Positions 1 to 8,697 of a stretch of 64,000 nt of DNA are shown one piece after another; the stretch's first letter is position 1; the number at the start of each line of letters is the position of its first letter. This stretch comes from Vicinamibacteria bacterium (lineage in GTDB: Bacteria; Acidobacteriota; Vicinamibacteria; Fen-336), in contig DATKME010000065.1 in NCBI GenBank assembly GCA_035542035.1, positions 11,525 to 75,524 of the forward strand. Reading direction: 5' to 3'. The notes under the pieces are model-generated. The model was not told where the DNA came from. It did not search any database and worked only from the letters and a program-made list of their open reading frames with translations. A program made the position numbers and the translations under genes.

Positions 1-215
1 TCGCTCCGAGCCAACAAGAAAGCAACATTGACGCTCGCCGGCCGGCGGCGCTAGCTTCTTCACACTCTGTGACAATTCGTCAGACGGGTCACCGCAGCTC
101 ATTCTCCTGATTCGCGCGTCGCCGCCTGGACAGAGGCGATGCCACCCGCGTCGCCTCCGGGACGTCTCGGTTCCGCCGTTTGACCGACAGTCCGTCGCAC
201 CAAAGGAGCGTCACG

Positions 216-3200
216 ATGCGTCAGCGCAAGCGGGGCGGGTTCCTCCTCAGCCGTGCGGCCGTTCTCCTGATCCTGGTCGTGGTGGTGGCCATCGCCTTCG
301 CGGACGAGACGCGCGCGCAGGGCGCGAGGCCGACCGACGGTGTGGCCGCCGCGCTCGACCGCATGCAGGCGGAGGCGGGAGCGCCGCTGAAGACGAGACG
401 CTCCGCCCTGACGGGGATGGCGACCTTCGTCTCCAGCAGGGGACGGGGGATACCAGTCCAGGACCGCGGCACGCCGCTCGGTCGTGCGCAGGCGTTCCTG
501 GACGCGCACGGGCCGGCGTTCGGCCTGCGCGACTCGACGCAGGTGCGGGAGGGCCGCTCTGCGGGGCGCGACCGGCTGGGCATCGACCACGTGCGGATGC
601 AGCAGGTGGTGAACGACGTGCCGGTGGTGGGTGCGGAGCTGATGGTCCACCTGCGGGGCGCTGAGGTGATGGCGGCGCACGGCAAGACGCTGCCGGGCCT
701 GGAGGGATTCGACACGCAGGCGCGGGTCTCGGAGGCGCGGGCGCAGGAGATCGTCCGAGGGTTCGCCGAGCATCGCCTGGGCGCCAAGGATCCTTGGCTC
801 TCGGAGCCGCGCCTCGAGATCCTGAACAAGGGGATCTTCGACGGGCACCGGCAGCCGACGGTGCTCGCCTGGTTCGTCGAGGCACGGGGACCGAAGCTGC
901 GCGAGTTCGTCTGGGTGGACGCGTGGCGCGGCAGCGTGGCGTTGCACTTCAGCCAGCTCGACAAGGGCGTCGCCAGGCCGAACCGCACGATCTACGACGC
1001 CGACTCCAGCTACACGCTGCCGGGGAACCTGATGGCGGAAGAGGGCTACCCTCCCGCCGCTGACGCGGACGCGATCGCCGCCTACAACTTCACCGGCGAC
1101 ACCTGGGACTACTTCTGGCAGGAGCACAACCGTTACAGCTACGACGAGCTGGGAGGGGCGTTGGTCTCGACGGTCCACTACTGCCCCTACCCCTCTGCCT
1201 GCCCGTACCAGAACGCCTACTGGGATGGCGCGCAGATGGTCTACGGCGAGGGCTTCTCGCGCGCCGACGACGTGACCGCCCACGAGCTGACCCACGCGGT
1301 CACCGAGCACTCGGCGAACCTCTTCTACTACATGCAGTCGGGCGCGCTGAACGAGTCGATCTCCGACATCTTCGGCGAGACGGTGGACCAGTGGAACACC
1401 GACCGCGGGGACCAGACGCGGCGGGGCAACGACAGCGCGTCGGTGCGCTGGTTGATGGGCGAGGACGTGCCGGGGATCGGTGCCATCCGCAACATGATGA
1501 ACCCGAACCAGTTCGGCGACCCGGGCAAGACCAGCGACCCGCAGTTCTACTGCGCGAACGACGACTACTACGGCGACAACGGCGGCGTCCACCGCAACAG
1601 CGGCGTGCCGAACCACGCCTATGCCCTCATGGTCGACGGCGGGACCTACAACAGCATCACCGTCACCGGCATCGGCCTGAAGAAGGCGGCGAAGATCCAG
1701 TACCGGACGCTCACGAACTACCTCTCCTCCGCCTCGGACTTCCTCGACTACTACGACGCCGTCCAGCAGGCCTGCAGCGACCTCACCCTGGACCACGCCA
1801 GCGGGATCACTCCCTCCGACTGCACGCAGGTGCAGCACGCGCTCGACGCCGTGCAGTTGGCCGCCCCGAGCCTGTGCAACCAGGCTGTTCCGCCGAGCAC
1901 CTGCCCGGCGGGGAAGGTGAAGGCCGCCTCGGACCTCTTCTTCGACGACTTCGAATCGGGTTCCGCGAAGTGGGTGCTGACGCAGACGGCAGGACCGTCC
2001 GACACCGCCTGGACGACGGACCCACCCTACCTTTACGCGACCAGCGGCACTCACAGCCTCTACGCACCCGATTGGTGGTACGACGGCACCTACCCCCAGA
2101 GCGACGTGCAGGCCGCGATGGCGTCGCCCGTGACGATTCCCTCCGGAGACGTGCGACTGCAGTTCCAGCACGCCTACGACATGTACTCCTACGCCAACGG
2201 CGGCGTGGTCGAGTACACCACCGACGGCGGGACGACCTGGCAGGACGCCGGGCCGCTCTTCGTCTACCCGCCCTCCGACGGAGGCGCTGTGCCCAACAGC
2301 CAGCCCGGCAGCGGTCCCCTGGCAGGCCGCAGCACGTTCGGCACGCAGAGCGGGGGCTACGTCACCTCCCAGCTGGACCTGAGCTCGTTGACGGGAAAGA
2401 ACGTGCAGTTGCGCTACCGCCTGGGGGCCGGGGACCCGTACGGCAACCTCGGCTGGTTCGTCGACGACGTGCGGATGTACCAGTGCCTGGACGACCCGCA
2501 GGCGGCGATCAGCATCGCCGACACCAGCCTGCGCGAGGGCAACAGCGGGACGAGGTGGGCGACCTTCACGGTGTCGCTGTCGGCGCCGCTCAGCAACGAC
2601 GTCACCTTCGACTTGGTCACCAGCGATGGGACTGCAACTGCGGGGGAGGACTACGCCGCGGTTTCAGGCACCGGTTGGACCATCTGGGCGGGGAGCACGG
2701 GCACGACGATCCAGGTCCCGGTCTACGGCGACACCGACGTGGAAGGCGACGAGACGTTCCAGGTCACGCTCAGCAACGTGACCGGCGCTTCGGTCGCGCG
2801 CGCGACCGCGACCGGCACCATCATCGACGACGACGGCCTGCCGGCGCCGCCCACGACGAACACCTGGGCCGTGGCGCGGCAAGGCATGCCGAGCCTGAAC
2901 AAGGTTGCCTACGGCGCCGGCCTCTACGTCGCCGTGGATGGCCAGAGCGGGGTCTGGACCTCCGCCGACGGCATCACCTGGTCTCAGCGGCAGCTGCCGG
3001 CCCGGTCCGATCCCTACCACCTGTCCGGGATCGCATTCGCCGGCGGGCAGTTCGTGGCGGTGGGGTCCTACACCATCGTCACCTCCCCCGACGGGGTCAA
3101 CTGGACGGACCAGTCCGCGAACATTCCCAGCGGCTATCGCTATCTGAACGCGGTCACCTACGGACAGGGGCAATCCGCGGCGGAGCCGCTCTACGTGGTC

Positions 3201-6200
3201 GTCGGCTCCTCCGGCCAGTTCCTGACCTCGTCGGACGCCGTCACCTGGACGGCGGTGGACACGGGCACCACCAACAGCCCGTACGCCGTGGCCTTCGGAG
3301 GCGGCACGTTCGTGGCCGTCGGTTACGGGGGGGTGCTGATGACGTCAGTTGACGGAACGAACTGGACCGTCGGGGCGGCGCCGACGTACTCGCTGAACGA
3401 CGTCACCTACACCGGGACGCAGTTCGTGGTCGTGTCCTACAACCAGGTCTTCACCTCGCCCGACGGCGGCACCTGGACCGCCTACCCGTTTGGTGGCTAC
3501 TACGACGTGTACGCCGTCGCCAGCGGACCCGGCGGCGCGATCGTGGCGGTGGGCTACTCCACCTTCCTGACCTCCCCCGACGGACAGAGCTGGACGCCAC
3601 ACCCCGTGCCGACGGTCGGCTCCGGAGGCAACGCGATACTGTACGGCGTCACCTACGGTGCCAGCGGCTACGTGGCCGTCGGCTACATCGGCGCCGTGTT
3701 CACGTCGCCGGATGGCGGCACCTGGACCAGCCGGCAGATGGCCTCCAGCCGATTCTTCAACGGGCTGAGCTTCGACGGCACGCGCTACTGCGCGGTCGGC
3801 GAGTACGGCGCGGCAGCGCGCTCGGCCGACGGCGCGACATGGACGAACGTCGCCACGCCGCCGTCCTCGCCGGGCAGCGGCTATTACCCGAGCCTCGCCG
3901 CCGTCGCGCACGGGCCGGGGCTGTTCGTGGCCGTGGGCGGCGCCATCCTCACCTCTCCCGACTGCGGCACCTGGACCAGCCGCCCGTACAGCCTGCCGGT
4001 GACCCAATACGCGTGGAGCTGGTTCGACGACGTGGCGTTCGGGGGCAGCCGCTACGTCGCGGTCGGTCAGAAGTACACCGGCACCACCTATCTGCCCATG
4101 ATCCAGACGTCGACCGACGGCCTGACGTGGGCGGACGTCGAGCTGCCCGGCGTGCCCGCCGCCGAGCTGAAAGCTGTCGGCTACGGCGCCGGGCGCTACG
4201 TCACCATCGGCAACCTGGAGTCGGGCGGCGGGTTCCTGGTGCTGACATCGGAGGATGGCCTCCACTGGACACAGCGCCCGAACCAGATCTCGGAGTGGCG
4301 CTGGAGCTCCGTCACAGGGCTTCGCTACGGAGGCGGGTCGTTCGTCGTGAGCGTCGACGGCGACACCTGGACCTCGGCCGACGGCATCCAATGGTCCATG
4401 GCGTGCTGCGTGGGAGGCCTGATCTACGACACCGCGTTCGGGAGCAGCCGTGCGGTCGGCGTGGGCGACGGCGCCTACGAGTCGCTCGACCTCAGAACTT
4501 GGGCGCCTCAGTCGCTGCCCTCGGAGGCACAGCTGAACGCCGTCTCCTACGCCGGCTCCCTCGACCGCTTCCTCGCGGTGGGCGAGTCGGTGATCGAGTA
4601 CACCAGCAATGCGCTGCCGACTCTGTCGATCGGCCCCGCCTCGGCGGCCGAGGACGCGGGTCCGATGCACTTCACGGTGACGCTGTCGGCGCCGAGCGGG
4701 AACACGGTCACAGTCGGCTACGCGACCAAGAACGGGACCGCCGTCGCTCCCGCCGACTACGCGCCGACGAGCGGCACCCTCACCTTCCTGCCCGGCGAGA
4801 CCAGCAAGGGCTTCGACGTCCCGCTGGTGGCGGACGGCACGGCCGAGGGCGCGGAGACCTTCAGCGTGGTCCTCACCAGCCCCACGAACGCGGCCATCGG
4901 CACCGGCACCGCCGTCGGCACCATCACCGACGGCGCCTCGACGCCGCTGCCGACCTTCTCGATCGCCGACGTCGACCTTCCCGAGGGAACGGGCGGGACG
5001 ACACCGTTCACGTTCACCGTCACGCTGAGCAACCCGGGCCTGAACCAGTCCACGGTCGCCTACACGACGGTGGACGGCACGGCAAGAGCGCCGGCGGACT
5101 ACGCGCCGACCAGCGGCGTGCTGACGTTCCCGACCGGCGTGACCTCGCAAACGATCACCGTCCAGGTGGTCGCCGACGACATCCACGAGGCGGATGAGAC
5201 CTTCACCGTGAAGCTCTCTGCTCCGTCCAACGCGACGATCTCGAAGGCGACGGGCCTGGGGACGATCCGCGACGACGACACCGGCGGCGCCATCGAATTC
5301 ACCTCCGCTGCGTACACGGTGAAGGAAGCAGCCGGGGTCGCCACCATCACGGTGAAGCGCACGGGCAGCGTCGCTGCGGGCGAGTCCGTCGTGTACGCGA
5401 CCTCGGACGGGACGGCACTGGCCGGCAGCGACTACACGGCGCGCACCAGCACGTTGACCTTCCCGGCAGGCGTGCAGACGCTGAGCTTCACGGTGCCGAT
5501 CACCCCCGACACCATCGCCGAGGGGCCGGAGACGGTGAACCTGACGCTGTCGGGCGCGGGTGGCGGCGCCCGGCTGGGGACGCTGACGAACGCGGTGCTG
5601 ACCATCGTGGACGACGACTTCGGCGGGACCGTGAAGTTCTCGGCGGCGACCTACTCCGTCTCCGAGACGGCTGGAACGGCGACCATCACGGTCGTGCGCA
5701 CGGCCGGAGCGGCCAGCGGCGTGTCGGTCGATTACGCGGCCATGGACAACTCGGCCGTCAACGGGAGCGACTACACGCTCGCGCCCGGCACGCTCAGCTT
5801 CGGAGCCGGGGTGATGAGCCGGACGATCACGGTGCCCATCACCAACGACACCCTGGCGGAGGGCGACGAGACCTTCAACATCATGCTGTCGAACCCGCGG
5901 GGCGGGGCGATCCTCGGCACCCCGGCGAGCGCGGTGGTGACGATCAAGGACGACGAGCCGGTGGTGCAGTTCTCGACCTCGGGCTACACGGTGTCCGAGG
6001 CGGGCGGTTCGGCCACGATCACCGTGGTCCGCACGGGGACTACGGGCCCCTGCTCGGTGCAGTACACGGTCTCGGACGGCTCCGCGACCCTGGGCTCGGA
6101 CTACAACGGGCCGACGACGGGGACCCTGAGCTTCGCAGCCGGCGCCCTCAGCCGGACGTTCACCGTGCCGATCATCAACGACACCATCGCCGAGAGCTCC

Positions 6201-8255
6201 GAGACGGTGTTCCTGACCCTGTCGAACCCGGTCAATGCCTCGATCGGAGCCCGGCGGACCGCTGTCCTGACGATCAAGGACGACGAGCCGGTGGTGCAGT
6301 TCTCTTCGGCGGCCTACACGGTGAGCGAGGCAGCGGGCAAGGCGGTGCTCACCATCACGCGGACGGGGACGGCGGGGATCTGGGTCTGGTACCAGACCTC
6401 GGACGGCTCGGCACAGGACGGCACCGACTACGTCGGCGCCGGGCAGTGGGTGTGGTTCGCTCCCGGGGTCCTCGCGAAGACCATCTCGATCCCGATCCTC
6501 AACAACCCCACCTCCACCTCCAACCACTATTTCTGGGTCGACTTGTACCCCGACGGCCAGACCTCCCGGGTGGGGGCGCGCTACTACGCCTACGTGATGA
6601 TCACGGACAACTCGCCCACGGTGCGCTTCTCGGCCTCGGCCTACACGGTGAGCGAGGCGGCGGGACACGCCACGCTCACCGTCACCCGCACCGGCACCGC
6701 CCCGATGTCCGTCGACTACTGGACTACGGATGGGTCGGCGTCGGCAGGGAGCGACTACCAGTCGGTGAGCGGAACTCTGAGCTTCCCGGCCGGTGTCACC
6801 AGCAAGACCATCACCGTCCCGATCATCCTCGACGGCGTCTACGACCCGGACGAGTACTTCTACGTCGTCCTGACGTCGCCCGTGGGCGCCAAGTACGGCA
6901 CGCCGAACTGGGCGAGTGTCACGATCAAGGAAGCCTCGCCCGCGGTCCGGTTCTCCTCGGCGACGTACACCGGGGCCGAGGGGACGAACGCGACCATCAC
7001 GGTGACCCGGACAGGCACGGTGCCGATCTCGGTCGGCTACGCGACCTCCGACGGCACGGCGACAACTCCTGGTCACTACACGTCCGTCAGCGGGACGCTG
7101 AGCTTCCCGGCGGGCGTGACGACGAAGACCTTCCCGGTGCCGATCCAGAGCGACGGCGTTCCGGACCCGTACCAGACGGTGAACCTGACGCTGTCGAACC
7201 CGGTCGGGGCGTACATCGGCTCGCCGGCCATGGCGGTGCTGACGATCATGGACCCGACGCCGGTGCTGCAGTTCTCGGCGACGGCGTACTCGGTCTCGGA
7301 GGCGGCCGGGGCGGCGACGATCACGGTCACCCGGTCGGGCACGGCCAGGACGGCCTGCTCGGTGCAGTACGCCACCTCGGACGGGACGGCCACGGCCGGC
7401 AGCGACTATACCGCCGTCAGCAACACGCTGACGTTCGCCGCGGGCATCCTGAGCCGGACGTTCACGGTGCCGATCCTCAACGACACGGTGGGAGAGCCGA
7501 CGGAGACGGTGAGCCTGAAGCTGTCCAATCCGTCAGCCGGCTGTGTCATCGGGCCCCGCAACGCGGCCGTCCTCAGCATCAACGACAACGAGCCGGTGGT
7601 GCAGTTCTCCGCGACCGCGTACTCGGTGTCGGAGGCGGGCGGGGCGGCGACGATCACGGTGGTGCGGACGGGCTCGCTGGCGCCGTTCAGCGTGCAGTAC
7701 ACGACCTCCGACGGGACGGCGACGGCCGGGAGCGACTACACGACCGCCAGCGGCACGCTGTCGTTCCCGGCGGGGGTGCTGAGCAAGACCTTCACCGTGC
7801 CCATCATCAACGACACCCTGCACGAGGCGAACGAGACGGTGCAGCTCGGCCTGCTGGGCGCTTCCGGGGCGGTGATCGGGCCGCGCGCCACGGCCGTCCT
7901 CACCATCATCGACAACGACGTGGCCGGCACCATCGCCTTCGGGGCGCCGGTGTTCGACACCGAGCAAACGGCGGGGACGGCGACGGTGACGGTCACCCGC
8001 AGCGCTGGAGCCGCCAGCGGCGTCACCGTCGACTTCGCCACCGTGGACGGCACGGCGACGGCGCCGGCCGACTACCAGGCCGTGACCAGCACCCTCGTCT
8101 TCGCCGCCGGCGAGACCACCAAGACCATCTCCATCCCAGTCGCCAATCACGGAGTCCCGGGGCCGAGCCAGACGGTGCTGCTGACGCTGTCGAACCCGTC
8201 TTCCGGCGCGGCTCTCGGCGTGCAGAAGACGGCGACGCTGGTGATCGTCGACTAG
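216..8255 (+). CDS. Giant secreted multidomain protein: signal peptide, FTP/PepSY-like propeptide, M4 (thermolysin-like) zinc metalloprotease, jelly-roll domain, Calx-beta, about 13 Asp-box (BNR-like) propeller repeats, then 11 tandem Calx-beta domains
   Basis: ORF track 180..8255. ATG 216 lies 7 nt after AAGGAG (203-208) and opens a classic signal peptide (MRQRKRGGFLLSRAAVLLILVVVVAIAFA). The zinc motif HELTH is at 1281-1295, with the downstream NESISD Glu ligand, which is the thermolysin signature. Repeated S-x-D-G-x-x-W-T motifs run from about 2860 to 4610. Twelve units show the Calx-beta pattern (..DGTA.AG.DY....GTL.F..G...K...V.I..D...E..E.F). Confidence 0.85.
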   Translation: MRQRKRGGFLLSRAAVLLILVVVVAIAFADETRAQGARPTDGVAAALDRMQAEAGAPLKTRRSALTGMATFVSSRGRGIPVQDRGTPLGRAQAFLDAHGPAFGLRDSTQVREGRSAGRDRLGIDHVRMQQVVNDVPVVGAELMVHLRGAEVMAAHGKTLPGLEGFDTQARVSEARAQEIVRGFAEHRLGAKDPWLSEPRLEILNKGIFDGHRQPTVLAWFVEARGPKLREFVWVDAWRGSVALHFSQLDKGVARPNRTIYDADSSYTLPGNLMAEEGYPPAADADAIAAYNFTGDTWDYFWQEHNRYSYDELGGALVSTVHYCPYPSACPYQNAYWDGAQMVYGEGFSRADDVTAHELTHAVTEHSANLFYYMQSGALNESISDIFGETVDQWNTDRGDQTRRGNDSASVRWLMGEDVPGIGAIRNMMNPNQFGDPGKTSDPQFYCANDDYYGDNGGVHRNSGVPNHAYALMVDGGTYNSITVTGIGLKKAAKIQYRTLTNYLSSASDFLDYYDAVQQACSDLTLDHASGITPSDCTQVQHALDAVQLAAPSLCNQAVPPSTCPAGKVKAASDLFFDDFESGSAKWVLTQTAGPSDTAWTTDPPYLYATSGTHSLYAPDWWYDGTYPQSDVQAAMASPVTIPSGDVRLQFQHAYDMYSYANGGVVEYTTDGGTTWQDAGPLFVYPPSDGGAVPNSQPGSGPLAGRSTFGTQSGGYVTSQLDLSSLTGKNVQLRYRLGAGDPYGNLGWFVDDVRMYQCLDDPQAAISIADTSLREGNSGTRWATFTVSLSAPLSNDVTFDLVTSDGTATAGEDYAAVSGTGWTIWAGSTGTTIQVPVYGDTDVEGDETFQVTLSNVTGASVARATATGTIIDDDGLPAPPTTNTWAVARQGMPSLNKVAYGAGLYVAVDGQSGVWTSADGITWSQRQLPARSDPYHLSGIAFAGGQFVAVGSYTIVTSPDGVNWTDQSANIPSGYRYLNAVTYGQGQSAAEPLYVVVGSSGQFLTSSDAVTWTAVDTGTTNSPYAVAFGGGTFVAVGYGGVLMTSVDGTNWTVGAAPTYSLNDVTYTGTQFVVVSYNQVFTSPDGGTWTAYPFGGYYDVYAVASGPGGAIVAVGYSTFLTSPDGQSWTPHPVPTVGSGGNAILYGVTYGASGYVAVGYIGAVFTSPDGGTWTSRQMASSRFFNGLSFDGTRYCAVGEYGAAARSADGATWTNVATPPSSPGSGYYPSLAAVAHGPGLFVAVGGAILTSPDCGTWTSRPYSLPVTQYAWSWFDDVAFGGSRYVAVGQKYTGTTYLPMIQTSTDGLTWADVELPGVPAAELKAVGYGAGRYVTIGNLESGGGFLVLTSEDGLHWTQRPNQISEWRWSSVTGLRYGGGSFVVSVDGDTWTSADGIQWSMACCVGGLIYDTAFGSSRAVGVGDGAYESLDLRTWAPQSLPSEAQLNAVSYAGSLDRFLAVGESVIEYTSNALPTLSIGPASAAEDAGPMHFTVTLSAPSGNTVTVGYATKNGTAVAPADYAPTSGTLTFLPGETSKGFDVPLVADGTAEGAETFSVVLTSPTNAAIGTGTAVGTITDGASTPLPTFSIADVDLPEGTGGTTPFTFTVTLSNPGLNQSTVAYTTVDGTARAPADYAPTSGVLTFPTGVTSQTITVQVVADDIHEADETFTVKLSAPSNATISKATGLGTIRDDDTGGAIEFTSAAYTVKEAAGVATITVKRTGSVAAGESVVYATSDGTALAGSDYTARTSTLTFPAGVQTLSFTVPITPDTIAEGPETVNLTLSGAGGGARLGTLTNAVLTIVDDDFGGTVKFSAATYSVSETAGTATITVVRTAGAASGVSVDYAAMDNSAVNGSDYTLAPGTLSFGAGVMSRTITVPITNDTLAEGDETFNIMLSNPRGGAILGTPASAVVTIKDDEPVVQFSTSGYTVSEAGGSATITVVRTGTTGPCSVQYTVSDGSATLGSDYNGPTTGTLSFAAGALSRTFTVPIINDTIAESSETVFLTLSNPVNASIGARRTAVLTIKDDEPVVQFSSAAYTVSEAAGKAVLTITRTGTAGIWVWYQTSDGSAQDGTDYVGAGQWVWFAPGVLAKTISIPILNNPTSTSNHYFWVDLYPDGQTSRVGARYYAYVMITDNSPTVRFSASAYTVSEAAGHATLTVTRTGTAPMSVDYWTTDGSASAGSDYQSVSGTLSFPAGVTSKTITVPIILDGVYDPDEYFYVVLTSPVGAKYGTPNWASVTIKEASPAVRFSSATYTGAEGTNATITVTRTGTVPISVGYATSDGTATTPGHYTSVSGTLSFPAGVTTKTFPVPIQSDGVPDPYQTVNLTLSNPVGAYIGSPAMAVLTIMDPTPVLQFSATAYSVSEAAGAATITVTRSGTARTACSVQYATSDGTATAGSDYTAVSNTLTFAAGILSRTFTVPILNDTVGEPTETVSLKLSNPSAGCVIGPRNAAVLSINDNEPVVQFSATAYSVSEAGGAATITVVRTGSLAPFSVQYTTSDGTATAGSDYTTASGTLSFPAGVLSKTFTVPIINDTLHEANETVQLGLLGASGAVIGPRATAVLTIIDNDVAGTIAFGAPVFDTEQTAGTATVTVTRSAGAASGVTVDFATVDGTATAPADYQAVTSTLVFAAGETTKTISIPVANHGVPGPSQTVLLTLSNPSSGAALGVQKTATLVIVD
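2860..4610 (+). repeat. About 13 tandem ~45-aa coding repeats (Asp-box/BNR-like beta-propeller blades) inside the giant CDS
   Basis: Motifs read in the translation: TSADGITWS, TSPDGVNWT, TSSDAVTWT, TSVDGTNWT, TSPDGGTWT (x2), TSPDGQSWT, RSADGATWT, TSPDCGTWT, TSTDGLTWA, TSEDGLHWT, TSADGIQWS and the degenerate SLDLRTWA. Each is preceded by a (Y/F)VAVG strand. Confidence 0.7.
4620..8252 (+). repeat. 11 tandem ~330-nt coding repeats (Calx-beta domains) at the C-terminus of the giant CDS
   Basis: The translation is periodic at about 110 aa. Exact 37-nt nucleotide duplicates occur at 5938-5974 and 6268-6304, one period apart. Confidence 0.75.
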
Positions 8256-8272
8256 CGGGCCCGGAGGGAACC

Positions 8273-8623
8273 ATGAGAACCACGGTTGGCGTGTTCAGCC
8301 TGATCCTGGCGGGCCTGCTGGCGTGCTGGACGGCACCGGCCTCCGCCGCCGACGACCAGATGCTCGTCCAGGCCGTTTCGCGAGACACGGGCGTACCGAC
8401 ACAGAAGCTGCAGCAGCAGAAGACGGACACGGGCCTCTCCTGGGACAGCGTCCGCACCGGTCACCTGCTGGCGGAGGCGATGCACCGCGACTTCGCCGAG
8501 GTGGCGGAGAAGATGAAGGCGGGCACGCCGTGGCACGTCATCGCCCGCGAGGCGGGCGTCTCCAAGTCGCAGCTCGACCGGCTCGCCCGGCAGCACCGGC
8601 AGAGTCCGCAGCCGCAGCGCTGA
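8273..8623 (+). CDS. Small secreted hypothetical protein (116 aa) with a signal peptide
   Basis: ATG 8273 lies 5 nt after GGAGGGA and 17 nt after the giant gene's stop. The N-terminus MRTTVGVFSLILAGLLACWTAPASA|ADD looks like a signal peptide with an AxA cleavage site. Third codon positions are GC-rich, like neighbouring genes. I recognise no family. Confidence 0.6.
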   Translation: MRTTVGVFSLILAGLLACWTAPASAADDQMLVQAVSRDTGVPTQKLQQQKTDTGLSWDSVRTGHLLAEAMHRDFAEVAEKMKAGTPWHVIAREAGVSKSQLDRLARQHRQSPQPQR

Positions 8624-8633
8624 GACCTCAGCT

Positions 8634-8651
8634 CGCGCCGGGGCCGGCGCG
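8634..8651. terminator. GC-rich palindrome (cgcgccgg gg ccggcgcg) between convergent genes; candidate bidirectional terminator hairpin without a U-tract
   Basis: Seen directly in the sequence, 11 nt after the stop at 8623 and 47 nt before the minus-strand stop at 8698. Confidence 0.3.
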
Positions 8652-8697
8652 TCCTGCCGGTCCCGGCGCCAGCCGTCGGCCCGGACGGCGGGCCCGC

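Noticed and set aside
1-215. A possible sigma-70 promoter (TTGACG 28-33, N18, TAGCTT 52-57), a TCACA-ctc-TGTGA dyad (59-71) and a structured ~150-nt leader upstream of the giant protease gene.
   Set aside because: The -10 match is weak and the dyad arms are only 5 bp. The window starts at nt 1, so the upstream context is missing. This is not enough to call a feature.
99-7076. Very long antisense and alternative-frame ORFs, for example 99..2171(-), 3345..7076(-) and 1391..3352(+). Elsewhere: 19049..21400(-), 25321..28728(-), 37630..40221(-), 61158..63809(-) and 10450..12700(+).
   Set aside because: These are typical GC-rich 'shadow' ORFs. Their translations are Arg/Pro/Gly/Ala-rich low-complexity strings without motifs. 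Each lies opposite or out of frame to a CDS with strong family signatures.
4620-8252. A regular ~330-nt periodicity that could be mistaken for a CRISPR-like or satellite repeat array.
   Set aside because: The period equals one Calx-beta domain (about 110 codons) in a continuous open reading frame. There are no short direct repeats separated by unique spacers and no cas genes.
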